DNA from: Camelus dromedarius
Lineage: Eukaryota
Reading direction: 5' to 3'
Assembly: GCF_036321535.1 (NCBI RefSeq)
Contig: NC_087436.1
Location: forward strand, 117,306,001-117,370,000
DNA: 64,000 nucleotides
Below the pieces are notes generated by a model, which saw only the letters and a program-made list of their open reading frames with translations, was not told where the DNA came from and made no database searches. Shown here one piece after another: positions 51,166-63,130 of this stretch (its first letter is position 1; each line of letters starts with the position of its first letter). The position numbers and the translations under genes were made by a program.

Positions 51166-51685
51166 AGACACCAGAACAAATCAGGAAGAATTCCTCAGCT
51201 GTAGTAAAGACATACAGAGAGCAGAAACTGCATAAACACAGGCCACAGGAAGCAAGATTCCGGAAAGCCACACACACTCCCATCAGCACTACACACATAC
51301 TAAGCCTACTGTTTAAAAATCAGCCCAAACACAAATAAGTCACTGAATGATCCTTTTGTTTAAAAAGGAAGGGGAGAGTATATTTTTTAAAGACTAAGTA
51401 CCACTTTTTCTTCCCCCGCCTTATCTTCTCTAACAGAACAACTGGTCCATCTCTGCTAGGCTAAGGTATATTTGTCTGAGTTTACTCCAACTGCTTCTGC
51501 CAGATCTTTCAACAACAAATCGGTCTGGTGAGGTTTCTAAGCACGTGGACGACCACACCAACACAGAAAACGTGAGAGACTGAGCAGCACTCGAAACGTG
51601 TCAGTGTGTGCCCGTGTGTGGGTTCCGCATGCTTGCTAGTGTCTGCGCGGTTATATAGATCCACGAGGCGTGTTTCTTATGCGGG

Positions 51686-53116
51686 TTAATGGAATCCATT
51701 TGGGGGGAAAGGCGTTATCTTGCCTAGTGAAGTCTCCCCCTCGCAGTCCAGCTCCCAGACAGACTGAGCAGCAGGGTCGCCACCTGGGGACCTCGGAGAG
51801 ATATGGGATATACGATCGAAAGGGCTCTCCTCCTCTGCCTGCTTGTCCACATCCGCGTCGCCCGGTGTCACGACGTTGGGGATCATATGGATGTAGGCGG
51901 CTGCGATCTCCTTGTGGAACACGGTGTCCTGGTTGTAAGAGATGAGCTCATTGCTGATGTTCACGGTCTCCACCTGGGTGCGAGAGCAGAGGTGGCTGCA
52001 CCCCAGCAGCTGGGCAAACACCTGCCGGAAGTCAGCGTTGAAGGCATAGATGATGGGGTTGAGAGAGGAGTTGGCCCAGCCGAACCAGACGAAGACGTCG
52101 AAGGTGGTCTCGCTGACACAGGGGAAGCCCGCCCCGGGGCCCTCGGGGTATCCGCTGCAGAAGGGGACCATGCAGTTAAGGATGAAGAAGGGTAGCCAGC
52201 AGCATACGAAGACCCCCATGATCACCGACAGGGTCTTGAGGACCTTGGTCTCCTTCTTGATGGACGCCCGCAGGCCGGCGTCGGGCGCACAAGCCTCACG
52301 GCTCCGGCAGCTCTGCGCGTGCTCCGCGGCCCTCTCCAGGGAGGAAATCCTGCGAATTTGTACCTGGGCAATGCGGTAGATGCGCGTATAGGTCACAATC
52401 ATAATAGCCACCGGGATGTAGAAGCTGATGAGCGAGGAGGAGATCGCGTAGGTTCGGTTCAGGCTGGAGTCACAGTTTTCCGCGCTCACTTCTGGCTCCC
52501 CGGCTTCCTCCCAGGGCGTCCCGTTGGCGGAGTTAGATGGCGGGTCCACCCCACCCCAGGAGCCCATCTTGTCCCTGTGCCAGTGGAGCTGGACTGGGAT
52601 GAAGGAGATGAGGATGGACAAGGTCCACACCAGGCCGACCATGACCAAGGCCACAAGCTGGGTCATCTTGCGCTCGTAGCAGAAGGGCCTGGAGATGGCC
52701 CAGTAGCGGTCCACGCTGATGATGCACAGGTTCAGGATGGAGGCAGTGGAGCACATGATGTCGAAGGCCACCCAGACGTCGCAGAAGGCCCCAAAGGGCC
52801 AGTAACCGGCCACCTCGGCGACCGCCTTCCAGGGCATGACCAGCAGCGCCACGAAGAGGTCGGACACAGCCAGAGACACGATGAAGACGTTGGTCATCTT
52901 GGCGCGCAGGTGGCGGCTGCGCACGATGGCCGCGCACACCAGCACATTGCCCAGCAGAGTCCAGACGATGAGCAGGGTCAGGAGGCCGGCGGTGACCACC
53001 TGCGCCGGCCCCAGCGGCGCCGCCCCCTCCGAGCCCCCCACGGCGCCCCCCTGCGCCAGCTGCTGCTGCCCAGACCGCGCCCGGTACGTGGTGGCGTTGC
53101 GCCCTGGCGGCAGTAT
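51686..53116 (-). CDS. DRD5: Dopamine receptor D5 (D1B), single coding exon of 476 codons; the canonical start position reads ATA
   Basis: Seven-TM class A GPCR with D1-like motifs: GN in TM1, LAVSD, FDIMC (D3.32), [26 protein letters not shown]. The N-terminus (I)LPPGRNAT and C-terminus ...PNGFH are diagnostic for DRD5. No internal stop or frameshift. The ORF-track start at 53314 is a GTG, not an ATG. Confidence 0.96.
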   Translation of the reverse strand: MLPPGRNATTYRARSGQQQLAQGGAVGGSEGAAPLGPAQVVTAGLLTLLIVWTLLGNVLVCAAIVRSRHLRAKMTNVFIVSLAVSDLFVALLVMPWKAVAEVAGYWPFGAFCDVWVAFDIMCSTASILNLCIISVDRYWAISRPFCYERKMTQLVALVMVGLVWTLSILISFIPVQLHWHRDKMGSWGGVDPPSNSANGTPWEEAGEPEVSAENCDSSLNRTYAISSSLISFYIPVAIMIVTYTRIYRIAQVQIRRISSLERAAEHAQSCRSREACAPDAGLRASIKKETKVLKTLSVIMGVFVCCWLPFFILNCMVPFCSGYPEGPGAGFPCVSETTFDVFVWFGWANSSLNPIIYAFNADFRQVFAQLLGCSHLCSRTQVETVNISNELISYNQDTVFHKEIAAAYIHMIPNVVTPGDADVDKQAEEESPFDRISHISPRSPGGDPAAQSVWELDCEGETSLGKITPFPPNGFH

Positions 53117-53403
53117 GTCGGGCTCGGCGGCAGAGGCAGGCTGCGTTCGGTCCCAACTTCTGCCCTGCGCCCCCAGGGCGGCCCCATCCGGCACCCGGGA
53201 GGTGGTACCCCGGGACCCGCGGCTAAGGGATCCCCGAGCCCCGGGGGCGCTCACCGTGCGCTGCGCCGGGGCCCCGGAGCGCGCCGGGACCCCTCTCGCC
53301 TCCTGGAGCACCACCGGGTCGGTGGCCGCGTTGTGCCCCTCCAGTGCCGGGAAGTGGCCGGTGTCCGAGAGGCTGTTCCAGGGAGCCGGCAGCGCGCCAG
53401 GCA

Positions 53404-53434
<31 letters not shown>

Positions 53435-53700
53435 AGGCTGTGTCTGTTTCGGAGCCGGAGAAGCGAAGAGCGAGCCACCACCGAGGGGGCGGGGGCCCGA
53501 AACAGCCGGCCCCCAAGCGCTGCTGCGCGGCCGCCGTCCCTCGCTGCTCCCGGGGCCCGCGCTCCCGCCCCCAGCGCTTCCGCGCTCCCCAGTCTCCTGC
53601 GCACCCGCCCCAACTGTGCACTGGCGCCCTCGCTCCGAGCTCCGGAGTCTGGGGGCAAATCCACAGGTCCGAGAGGCGCTCTAGTGCCAGACCCTGGTCC
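51800..53700. promoter_or_regulatory. DRD5: CpG island covering the DRD5 promoter, 5'UTR and most of the CDS; GC boxes at about 53486-53494, 53563-53572 and 53604-53611
   Basis: Very high GC and CpG density seen directly; GGGGCGGGG/CCCGCCCC Sp/KLF-type motifs; no obvious TATA box. Confidence 0.85.
53404..53434. repeat. (GCG)10 trinucleotide repeat, (CCG)n on the DRD5 sense strand, about 290 bp upstream of the start position
   Basis: Direct reading of the sequence. Confidence 0.95.
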
Positions 53701-55264
53701 TGTGAAGACCCAGACCCTCGCCCCAGGAAGTCTTAAAACGTGCCTGGCCCAGCCCTGGTGCTCTGGCCCTGGCCACGTTTGGGGAACAGGGAGGTGAGGT
53801 AGGGATGGGGGAAATCACTGGCTTCTAGACTGGGAAAGAGCCTTTGTAGGGTAAAGAGTGTGGCCTTGGATTTCTCATAGACCTAAATCCCACTCGGTAC
53901 ATGATTCCTGGCTCTGTGACCTTGAGTGTCCTCCTTAACTTCGCTGGGCCTTGATTTCCTCATCCACAAAATGGGGTAAGGATTCCTGTCCTTCCTGATG
54001 GTGTAAGGGTTCAGCGGAGCCAGGAGGAGGTGTCTCCTGGGAACATCTTCTTCCAGACTTCCTTGAACATCTATCCTAAGATTCAGACTTAACCTGACCT
54101 CTGAAAGAGCCCTTTCCCCGCCACCACCTGCCAATTCTTGTGTGATTTTCCCTTTGGGAAATAATTCGGGGTGAAGCCAGCAGGCAAAGGGGAGGAAGGG
54201 AGCCTCCAGCCAGTGAGAACCTCCTCCCTGCAGGGCACTTTCAGTCCTTCTCTTTTTTAACCTTGAGAGGGATGGATTAATAACTCATGCTGAACAGAAA
54301 AGGAAACTGAGGCTTGAATAAGTGGCCCAGAGCCCAGATTTTTTTTTAAAAGGATGCTGGGGAAACACTGGAGAGAGCGAGCAGTGTTCCTGGATCTTAC
54401 CTCCCTCCCAGCTGACAAGCTCCATTTGTGAGCCGCCAAGTCCCTCTGCTAGTGTCCAGCTCAGCTGAAGGCAGCTGGGGAGAGAAACGGATGAGGCAGC
54501 AGCAAGCTGCCCAGTCTCACCTAAGACCCGCCGACCCACATACTCTCCTTCATTGAGGTCTAGAAACAAGGATTGGACTCTCTCATCCCCTCCCTAGTAG
54601 CCTCTCCACTCAGACCCACCTGCCCCATTCTCCCTGGGCCCCACCTGCATCTTGGTCCAACAACGACAAATGTCCCAGCTTCTCAGATCCAGCCCGCTTA
54701 GCCTTATACAGCCTCTTCCCCCTCAAAGCTCCTCGCCATTCAGTGCCTATGAAATCCAGAGACAGCAAAACCATCTGTCCAGGTGTCTATGCCTAAAACT
54801 GGAGAGCCACACTTAACGCCTGTCTCCCCTGTCTCCTGGGAGCTGGACCGCTCCTCTCCCCACTGAAGACCCTGTCCAGGACTGTTTCTTCTCCAGCTGG
54901 CTTTATAGTGACACTATCCTAGAGTCCAGTTTTTGTCCACCCGACACTCAGTGGCAGGCAGAGTGAGCTTTCTCAAATATAACTATGATCATGCCGCTCC
55001 CCAGATGAAAACCCCCCAGTAGCTCCCTGTGATCCTTGCTCCTTAGGCAAGTGAGGTCCTTTTCTAATCATCTTGCCCCCCTCCACATGCAGCCTGTATT
55101 CAAACCACTACCAACACACCCCCCCCCACAAATTTTCACTTCCTAATGAGTCATATAGTAATTCCTCACCCTGAAATGACCTCCACCCCATCTTGTTCTC
55201 CTGGAGAACACAAACACTGATTTTAGAAAAGAACTTGGGTTTTAGAGACAAGGGTTTGAATTCC

Positions 55265-55630
55265 AGTTCCTTATTCATTTCTTTGACAAATATTTATTGA
55301 GCATCTATTATGTCCCAGATTCTGTTTTATTCACTGGGAATACAGGGTATAATATATATATATATTGCCCTTTCCCTCTGTAAGGTTATAGTCTAGCATT
55401 GGAGATGGGCTTTAACCCAAGAATCATCCACAGAAATGGACAATTACAACTGTGACAAGTACTATGAAGGAAAAGCACGCAGCCTTATGAAGGTGTACAA
55501 TAGGTTGGTTTGACCAAAACAAAATGTCAAGAGGAGGCTTCCCTGGGGAAGTCTCTCTTTGAGTTGAAGTCACGGTCAAGTAGGCAAAGGGGACAATAAG
55601 AGAAGGAAAGGCATGGCAGGCAGAAGTAGG
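55265..55630 (-). mobile_element. L2 3' end
   Basis: ATTCATT..GACAAATATTTATTGAGCATCTATTATGT.CCAG, the reverse complement of the L2 terminus. Confidence 0.7.
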
Positions 55631-57640
55631 CATTTACTAGCTGTGAGATCTTGGGCAAGTTATTTGATCTCTCTGAGCCTCAGTTTCCTCATCTTCAAAA
55701 TGGGTTAATAATAGTAGTTTGAAAGATAAATGTGATGATACCAAAATAATTCCTGTAGAAGAGGTTCTGAACCTCCCTCTTCCTCCAGCTGTACCAGTGC
55801 AGTTCCTTGCCCCGGGCTGCTCTCCACAGAGGCTTCTGCCCTGACTTTTTTGAAGGAGAGTCAGAAAGTGGGTGCGTTATTGCACCTGAGAGGCTAGAGG
55901 AGAAAGAAAAGGTCCCCAAAGGAAGAGACTTTATTTGTCGTCATAATAAAGAGCAGAAGGAGAAAGATGGGGAGAGGGACTAAAAAAGTTCAGTGTGGGA
56001 TTTCCCAGGAAAGTTTGATGTAAGAGAGGTGAGTGAATTGGGAAGCCTGCAGGAAAGTGAATAAGGAGGAGAAAAGGGAATTTTAGAGAAGGGTTAACTG
56101 TTGCGTTCGCAGAACTTTAAAAATGCAAGAAAGCAATTTGCATTTGGAAATTATCTTTTTGAATACGACACTGCTTGGAGACTGGACCACACCGAACACG
56201 GCTTTATGCGTTGCGTGGGGCACTCAACGATGTCAGTGCCTTTCCCTCCTTTTAGGTCTGACTTAAACTGTGCCTCTCCAGGAAGCCTTCCTGGCTCTTC
56301 TGGACTGAGTGGATGTCCTGAGTTCTCGTAGAGCCCTGGGTTGGCTCGTATCCCATAACGTTCAGCAATTGTGACACAGCGTTGTCACCATTCATTTACA
56401 TGGCTTCTGGCTCTCTAGCCTTCGAACTTCTTAAATCAAGGAATTGTATCTTGTTCATGTCTGAATTCCCCAAACCAACACAATGAGTGGGTGCTTGACA
56501 AACTTTTGTTGGTGGAGGAATAATAAAAGGGGGACTCTGTGCCCAACTCTGTGACACCAATGGACAGACAATTCAACCAACAAAGGTACACACAGGTTCA
56601 CCTCACAACTTTGCATTCGTTTTCAGTTAGTTCCAACTCCCTGAATCCCATCTATTCACTCATCCAGCAAGCATTTATTAAGGACCTACTATGTGGGAGA
56701 TGGAGGGGAGATGGTACAGGGTATACAAGTCAGAGCCAGTGTAGGTTTGTATCATGATTATTAAAAACTTCCACAAAAGGCAGTAAATCATAGTGAGAAA
56801 AGGGAATCTTTTTCTTCTTAGCACAGAATTGATGTCTGAGCTGGGGGCTGAGCTGCAGCTAGATCCCAGGCTCTGTCCTAAGCTGGGGGTTACAAGGAGA
56901 ATCAAACATACACTCCTGTCCTCCTGGGACTCATGTTCCCAAAGAGGGAGGAGGAGGAGGAAGAGAGGGTGAAGAAGAAAAGGAAGAGGAAAGAGAGAGT
57001 GTGAGAAAGAATGACATCTATGAGCCTCTAGATTCAGTCATACCCTGGTCTTTGCAGTTACAAGCTTTTTGCTAACACATGACTGAGCTGAGTTTCCATT
57101 GTCACCTGCAACTGAAAAAGCCTTGCTTAGAGCAAATAATGAACCAGACTCAGAGGGGGCCTGATGGACAAGGGGATGCCCGTTTGGGTGGGCAGCACTG
57201 GGACAGGCTGCACAGAAGAGAGGCGGCTCCAGCTGGAGGGTGAGATGGAATCCGCCAGCACTCTGGGCTGGGAGGGGCATTCCTAGCAGAGGGAATAGCA
57301 CATGCAAAGGCTCAGAGGCATGAAGCCTTGTGCATGAAAGGATCGATTTTGGAACTCGAGGACTTTTCCCTCTGTAATCCAGAAGACCAGGTTTCTCATC
57401 ACTTCTGGAAACTGAGAGTTTCCTCTCTATCAGTAAGACCGTATGCAAGCAAAGGAAATGAATGTGCTGCGAGGTTACGGTGTCACGTGTCCCGCCCGTC
57501 TTCGCAGGGAGTAGCTTGGTGGGGATGATGGTTTTGCATAAGTGATGGCTGCCCTCTCTCACCCAAGCTCTTTCCCACATTTTCAAAGGAGCTGGGCAGA
57601 GTTAACAACTGAAAATGGTGGAGTCTCTGGGGTTAGCCTC

Positions 57641-57685
57641 AGAACCCAACCTGGTCAGCACACACTCTAACCAACCAGGCAGCTG
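57641..57685 (-). mobile_element. Degenerate tRNA-Ile-like head (MamSINE1-like or tRNA pseudogene fragment)
   Basis: The - strand reads GTTGGTTAGAGTGTGTGCTGA..CCAGGTTGGGTTC, resembling tRNA-Ile GTTGGTTAGAGCGTGGTGCTAA..CCAAGGTCGCGGGTTC. Confidence 0.35.
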
Positions 57686-58299
57686 ATAAATCTCCTCTCT
57701 TTTTTTAACCCAGCCAGAACCCCGCCCTCAGAGGATGTCTGAGAGGAAGAGATCCTCTCACACATTTGGCTCCTGCAAAATTGTACCTAGAGGTTTTCTT
57801 AGACCATTTTAACACAAAGGGGATTTTCCTAATCTGGTCAGCAAATAGGCTTCTATTTAAACTCATTTGATCCTTCTTTTTTCTGAAGATATGTTTAAAT
57901 TGGATTTGCTTTACTGAGACAAATGGCTAAATCAATGGGAAAACAGGTAGGATTTTTTGCTGCTGCAGTCAGTGCTGGTATCAAGAGAGTCAACTCTTTT
58001 TACACCAAGACAGGCATAGTCCCTGGCTACAGAATACACCCAGGCACCAGCCCTGCCAACATACTTGGCTTGGCTCAGTGGAGCCCAGGCAGAAAGTTGG
58101 AGATGACCTGTCAGTATCCACCCCTGTGGCTGGAGAAGCCACTTCAAGCACACATCCATGGATGGTGGCCTTGAGGCTTCTTCAAACCTAAAGGCTGGTT
58201 CCCGGACCCCCATCCCCTCCCCCACTCAGAAACACAGGAAGCTGAAAACAGGCATTCCTGGCAGGTAAAAATACAGCTATCGCAAAAATTAGCACAATA

Positions 58300-58505
58300 G
58301 TGTAGGTAGAGGAAGGAGGATGGGCTAGCAAGTCACACAGTCCTGTATTCAAATCCCTCTTCTCTGGCTTGCTAGCTCTGGAACCTTGAGCAAGTTACTT
58401 AACCTCTCTAAGCCTCAATTTCCTCATCTTTAAAATGGTAACAGTAATACTTACTATGCAGAGATATTATGAATAAATGACATGCCATAGTTGGGACATG
58501 GTAAG
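58300..58505 (+). mobile_element. MIR SINE
   Basis: ACCTTGAGCAAGTTACTTAACCTCTCTAAGCCTCAATTTCCTCATCTTTAAAATGG. Confidence 0.85.
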
Positions 58506-58507
58506 TC

Positions 58508-58900
58508 TCTATTAGTCAGGTTTTGTTACCATAATGCTGTGTAACAAACAGCCCCAGGAGCTCTTGAAACAATAAACATTTGTTTCTTACTAATGGTCTG
58601 TGATCAAGCTGGGGAAGCTTGGCCCCACACTGTGGGTCAAGTTCAGTTTGCTCCTCCAGTCTCTCATTCCCAGTCTTGCTCTCCTAGGGATGCAGGGTGG
58701 GAGCCAATGAGGCTGCCCCAACCATGCACATACTTGGAGCCTCTTGTTGGATGGAGCACGTGGTAACTCAGTTCACACACTCGTCACCAAAGCAGGTCTT
58801 GTGTGTAAGCAAGAATTATGCCCTGTCCACAAGGAAGCCACTGCAAGGGGGGGAAGCCAGGAAAATTTGTGAGCAAATAGTATCATCCTCACAACCTACA
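58508..58900 (-). mobile_element. Old MaLR LTR (MLT1I/J-like)
   Basis: TATTAGTCAGG..ATGCTGTGTAACAAACAGCCCC..AAACAATAAACATTT. Confidence 0.6.
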
Positions 58901-60149
58901 GTAAGTGGAAGCCATTATGTTGCATTGTTCCAGAATAGCTCTAAGAGCCAACCCCTTCTGTCCATCCCCTCTGCCTCCCCCAACTCAGGTCCTCAGCGCT
59001 TTGTGCCTCCATAATTGCCAGAGCCTCCCAACAGGTCCCTGCATCTTGGTGTCTTCTCTCCCCTCCACCCAATGTGCTACCACCAAGATGGTTCTCCTAA
59101 AGCACAGACGCGATGCCTTTCATCAGCTTGAACACATCCCATGATTCCTCAAGACCCACATTATTAAGTATTAACCCAACTAATGAAAATTAATCTGTTC
59201 ATTCCAAACTTCTTAGCACGGCCCTTCACAATCTGGTCGCCACTCATGAACGTGTTTATGCACCTGGTTACCAGCCTCGTCTCTTGCCTCCCAAGACCTT
59301 CCCCAGCAGACCCCACCTTCGACCCTCCCAAAGCGGGTCCCTCTTCTCACAGCATGCCTCGTGCTTTCGGGTCTTCTGGCCTTGACCTCGCTCTCCCTCT
59401 GCCTGAGATGTTCTTCCCACTCTTTTCTGGGTGGAGGCAAAGCCCGTTCGCCTTTCTAACCCAGCACCCATGGACGGCCTCGGTGGGTCTTCCTCAGGAC
59501 TCAGGGCAGTAATCACTCAGTGTCTGGGCTTGTGCAGGCCCAGCACCTCCCCTGTTACAGCTCACAGTCCACCGTCACATGGACTTACTGTTTCCTTGCC
59601 TTTCTCCTCCTGCTATAGACCACTCGCAGGGAGGGCAGCTCACCCTCGGGGTAGCCTGGCCGCCAGGAACCGAGCTGCTATTCATTGCATGAAGGAACGT
59701 GCAGCGGTGGAGGGATGAGGGCACACGGACTATCCCTGTGTTCCGAGGCTGCCCAGGTTCCCCTGCGCTCCTGGCAAATGGAAATTCGAGCAGAAGTTAT
59801 GCAGATTTCCTTGTCGGAAGCACCTTAGTCAGTGGTATGAGTCACTGGCCCTCTCATCTCTTCAGCGATGACCTACTACACAGACGGCAGGGCTGCAAAG
59901 ATGGAATCTGCCTGGATTCATGGCCCTGCATCAGGGTATCTGTGAGTGAGACGTGTGTCTCTTTCTCTGGGTCACGGAGACGTGGGGATGTTTCTCTCAG
60001 CAGCCTAGCCTAACATTTGTTAGCATGACTAATACACAGATGAGTAAATGTTGCTCTGTTGCTCATGGCTTCTAACTGAATCCACAGGGAAAGGAGAGAG
60101 GGAGGAAGGGAGGAAGGCAGCAGGGATGGATGGAGGAAGGGAGAATTCC

Positions 60150-61030
60150 TGACAGAAGAATGCCAATTAATAAACATCAAAGGAACAAAAGAATGAGAAA
60201 ATCACATCTTGCAGCCATACTAGTAATAATTGATTTAGACAAGAATCATCACTAAGTAAAAGTTTGGAGAGGACCAGGATATCTGCACAGTCTCAAAGCT
60301 CCATTCATATTATTTGTTCATTACAGAGAGAAAAATGGTAACTTTACAGCTGAGAAAACTTAACAAAGTGAACAGAGTGGCACCCCCAGGAGTAGGGCAA
60401 ACAGACGCTGAGTGGCTCTCCACGTGATGCCCCAAGGACGTGGCATCCTCATGTGGTGTCCCTGCTCCCTGAGGAAACATCAGACAAATCCAGATGGAAC
60501 AGCTGGCCTGAACTCTCCTGAAGTATCAATGTCACACAGGCAAAGGAGGGCCAAGGGACCGTTCCGGACTGAAGGGGCCTGCGGAGGCAGACCAGGGATC
60601 AGGGCAAGACCTGATAACGTCCTAACAAAGCATGTTACTGTGGCAATTGGCAACATGTTCGTGTGGGCTGTACGTTAGACAATTACTGACAATTAGACTG
60701 TTGACCAGTGACAGTTATTGACAACTGGGCAGTGGCATGGCAGCAACCTAACCTTAAATGTCCTGAATTTGATCACTGGACCCCCCTTCTTCTTAGAGAA
60801 CATTCGCTAGAAAGTTTAAGGGAAAAGGAGCCAGATGTCTAACCTAAGCTTCACATGCTTCAGGAGAAGACCCAGGTCAGATCAGATCAGATACGGAGTA
60901 AAGAGAGAAAGCAAATGGCATTAAGAACAATTGGTGAATCTGGGTGAAGGGTATCTGAACATTTTTCATCTTACAACTCTTCTGTAAGCTGGAAATTATT
61001 TCAAAGTAAAAGAAATTTTAAATAAATACA
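60150..61030 (+). mobile_element. Ancient L1MC-type 3'UTR
   Basis: GAGGAAACATCAGACAAATCC, TTGGTGAATCTGGGTGAAGGGTAT, CAACTCTTCTGTAAGCTGGAAATTATTTCAAA plus AATAAA. Confidence 0.75.
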
Positions 61031-61034
61031 TTGA

Positions 61035-61575
61035 TTAAGAGTGCTTTCAGCTGTGCGTAACAGAAAGCCTGACTATTCACGGCTTATGCAATAGAGACGT
61101 ATATAACAGGAAGTTCAGAGGGAGCCGACCAGGGCTGGTGCAGAAGCTCCATGATACAACTGAAGACCCAGAGTCTTTTCATCTTTTCATCCAAATGCTC
61201 CACCTTTGTGTCCTTGGAGCCTCGTGGTCACAGGATGCTACAGCTGCAGGCATCACGATCAAGTTCAAACTCCGGGAGCAAATCGGGGGGAAACTATCTC
61301 AGGGGGACTTTTCTTTATGCGTCTGTAACTTGTCACCAGTGAAGAAAAGCTTCTTAGAAGGACCTTATGTCTTATTAGCCAAAAGTGAACCACTTGGCCA
61401 CCCCTAGTTACAAGGCAGACCACAAACTGTTTCAAGGGAACAAAGTGCCTGTGCTTGACTTGAATAAACCATGATCCAGCACCTGAGACTGGGCACTTTG
61501 CATCCCCAACCAAAATTAGGACTTTCTTAGCAAGCGAAGAAGTCACTTCTGGGAAGGCATTGTCCAGTGTGTGCG
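61035..61575 (-). mobile_element. Old MaLR LTR (MLT1K-like)
   Basis: TTTCAGCTG.G.GTAACAGAAA..CTGACT, CTCGTGGTCACAGGATG, CCAAAATTAGGACTTTCTTAGCAAG. Confidence 0.6.
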
Positions 61576-61914
61576 TCATTAGTCTCTGCTAAGTCTTGCT
61601 CAGTTGACCCGGTGCTGAACGTCGGAATTAAAAAGGAAGACCCAGTCCCCAGCCCTGGGGGTTCACAGTCTGTAACTCCCCCGTCACAGCTCTCCACCTG
61701 GAGCACAGAAGCCCCTTCACAGCTCACTTAGGAAGTGGTGCCAGGAAAAGGTGACCTCGTCAAGTTTATCTGAGGTTTTCCAATGGCAAATAAATAAATA
61801 ACTTCTTAACCTTCATAGCCAAATATCAAATAAATACATGCTTTCTTACTGAGATTTCTGTAGTATTGACAGTATCTCCCAGCTCCTTGGTTTTGCCTCA
61901 AAAGATCTTTAAGC

Positions 61915-63130
61915 ATTCATTCACTGATTTGCTCATTTGACAACGATTACGGAGTTCCTCCTCTCCTGCCACTGGGGACACACTTGGGGGGTGGGACAGA
62001 CACTCTTTCTCCCTCTTGAGGCTTATAGTTAAGTGATTTTTCTTAAAAAGGGACCACTATTCAAACAATCCAACACATAATTCTATGATTAAAAGGTACA
62101 AGAGACAAAATGAAGGAAAGTTAGATGGCGTTGCAAGAGTTCATAATAGGGACACCAGACTTGGTCAAGAGGTATGTGAAGACTTCCTTGAGAAACCATT
62201 GTTTGGATGGAGATCTGAAAGATGAGTGGGAATTAACTGACTGAAAGGAAGAGGAAGCAGCAGGTGCAAAGGTCCTGGGGCAGGAGGGACCATAACACAT
62301 TCAAAAAACTAAAGAGGCTGCTCAGTGTGATGGAGCACAGAGGAAAAGTGAAGCACAAGGAAAGTGGATATGAGATCAGGTTGAGAGGTGGGCAAGAGAG
62401 ACCACACAGGACCCAGGGCCAAGGTGAGTTTCTCTGTCTCAACAGCAAGGAGAAGCTACTGGAAGATGTTGGGCAGGGGAGGGACAGGAGCTTCTATCCT
62501 TTCTCAAACACCACTCCAGCTACAGTTCAGACGACAAACTGGTAGAGGCAAGGGATGAATTGGAGAAATGGGTAAGGAAGCTACTTCAGAAAACCCAGGT
62601 GGAGACGACTGTGACTTGGAGTAGGTGGTGGCATTGGAAGTAGGGGGGAGTGGATGGAACCAAGGTGTTTGGGGCTAGAGGTGACAGGTTGGCTAAAGGC
62701 AGTGTAAAGACAGCCTTTGTATGCCTGGCTTGAATAACAGACAAAGGCTGGTACAAAATCCATTGGGACGGAAGATATGGGAGGAGGGAACTGGCCAGAG
62801 GAGCGGGAAGTCTTGACTTTGGTGCTGGACACATGCAGTATAAAGCGCCTTTGTGACATCTAAGCAGGGTGCTGGGAACAGCCAGCCTGCAGCTGAGAAG
62901 TCAGGCTGAAAATGCAAATTTCTGAGTCAACGGTATCTGCACGGTAAGCGAGCCCTTGGCAAAGAACTAGACCATTGAGGAGAGCAGTGAGAAGCCAAGA
63001 GGACCCAGAACAGCCCTCCTAGGAATGCCAGCACCAAATGGCCAAGAGGAGGGTAATGAGTCTGCGAACAGCTCCGAGAAAGGAGGCCAGAGACACTGAA
63101 CCGGAGGGAGTGTGGCACTGAAGCCAAGAC
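61915..63130 (-). mobile_element. L2 3' region, about 1.2 kb
   Basis: CATTCATTCAC..ATTTGACAA start; GAAGACTTCCTTGAG..GGAGATCTGAAAGATGAGT.GGAATTAAC; GTGCAAAGGTCCTGGGGCAGG; TTTGGTGCTGGACACATG. Confidence 0.7.

Noticed and set aside
53117..53314. 66-aa N-terminal extension of DRD5 in the ORF track (542 aa)
   Set aside because: Starts at a GTG chosen by the ORF caller. The sequence looks like GC-rich 5'UTR with no similarity to known DRD5 protein. Not excluded as a non-AUG start, but unsupported.
52319..53797. 492-aa + strand ORF, plus the 282-aa and 207-aa ORFs overlapping DRD5
   Set aside because: Antisense or alternate-frame shadows of a GC-rich CDS and CpG island, where stop codons are scarce. 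Non-ATG starts, low-complexity R/G/A content and no recognisable domain.
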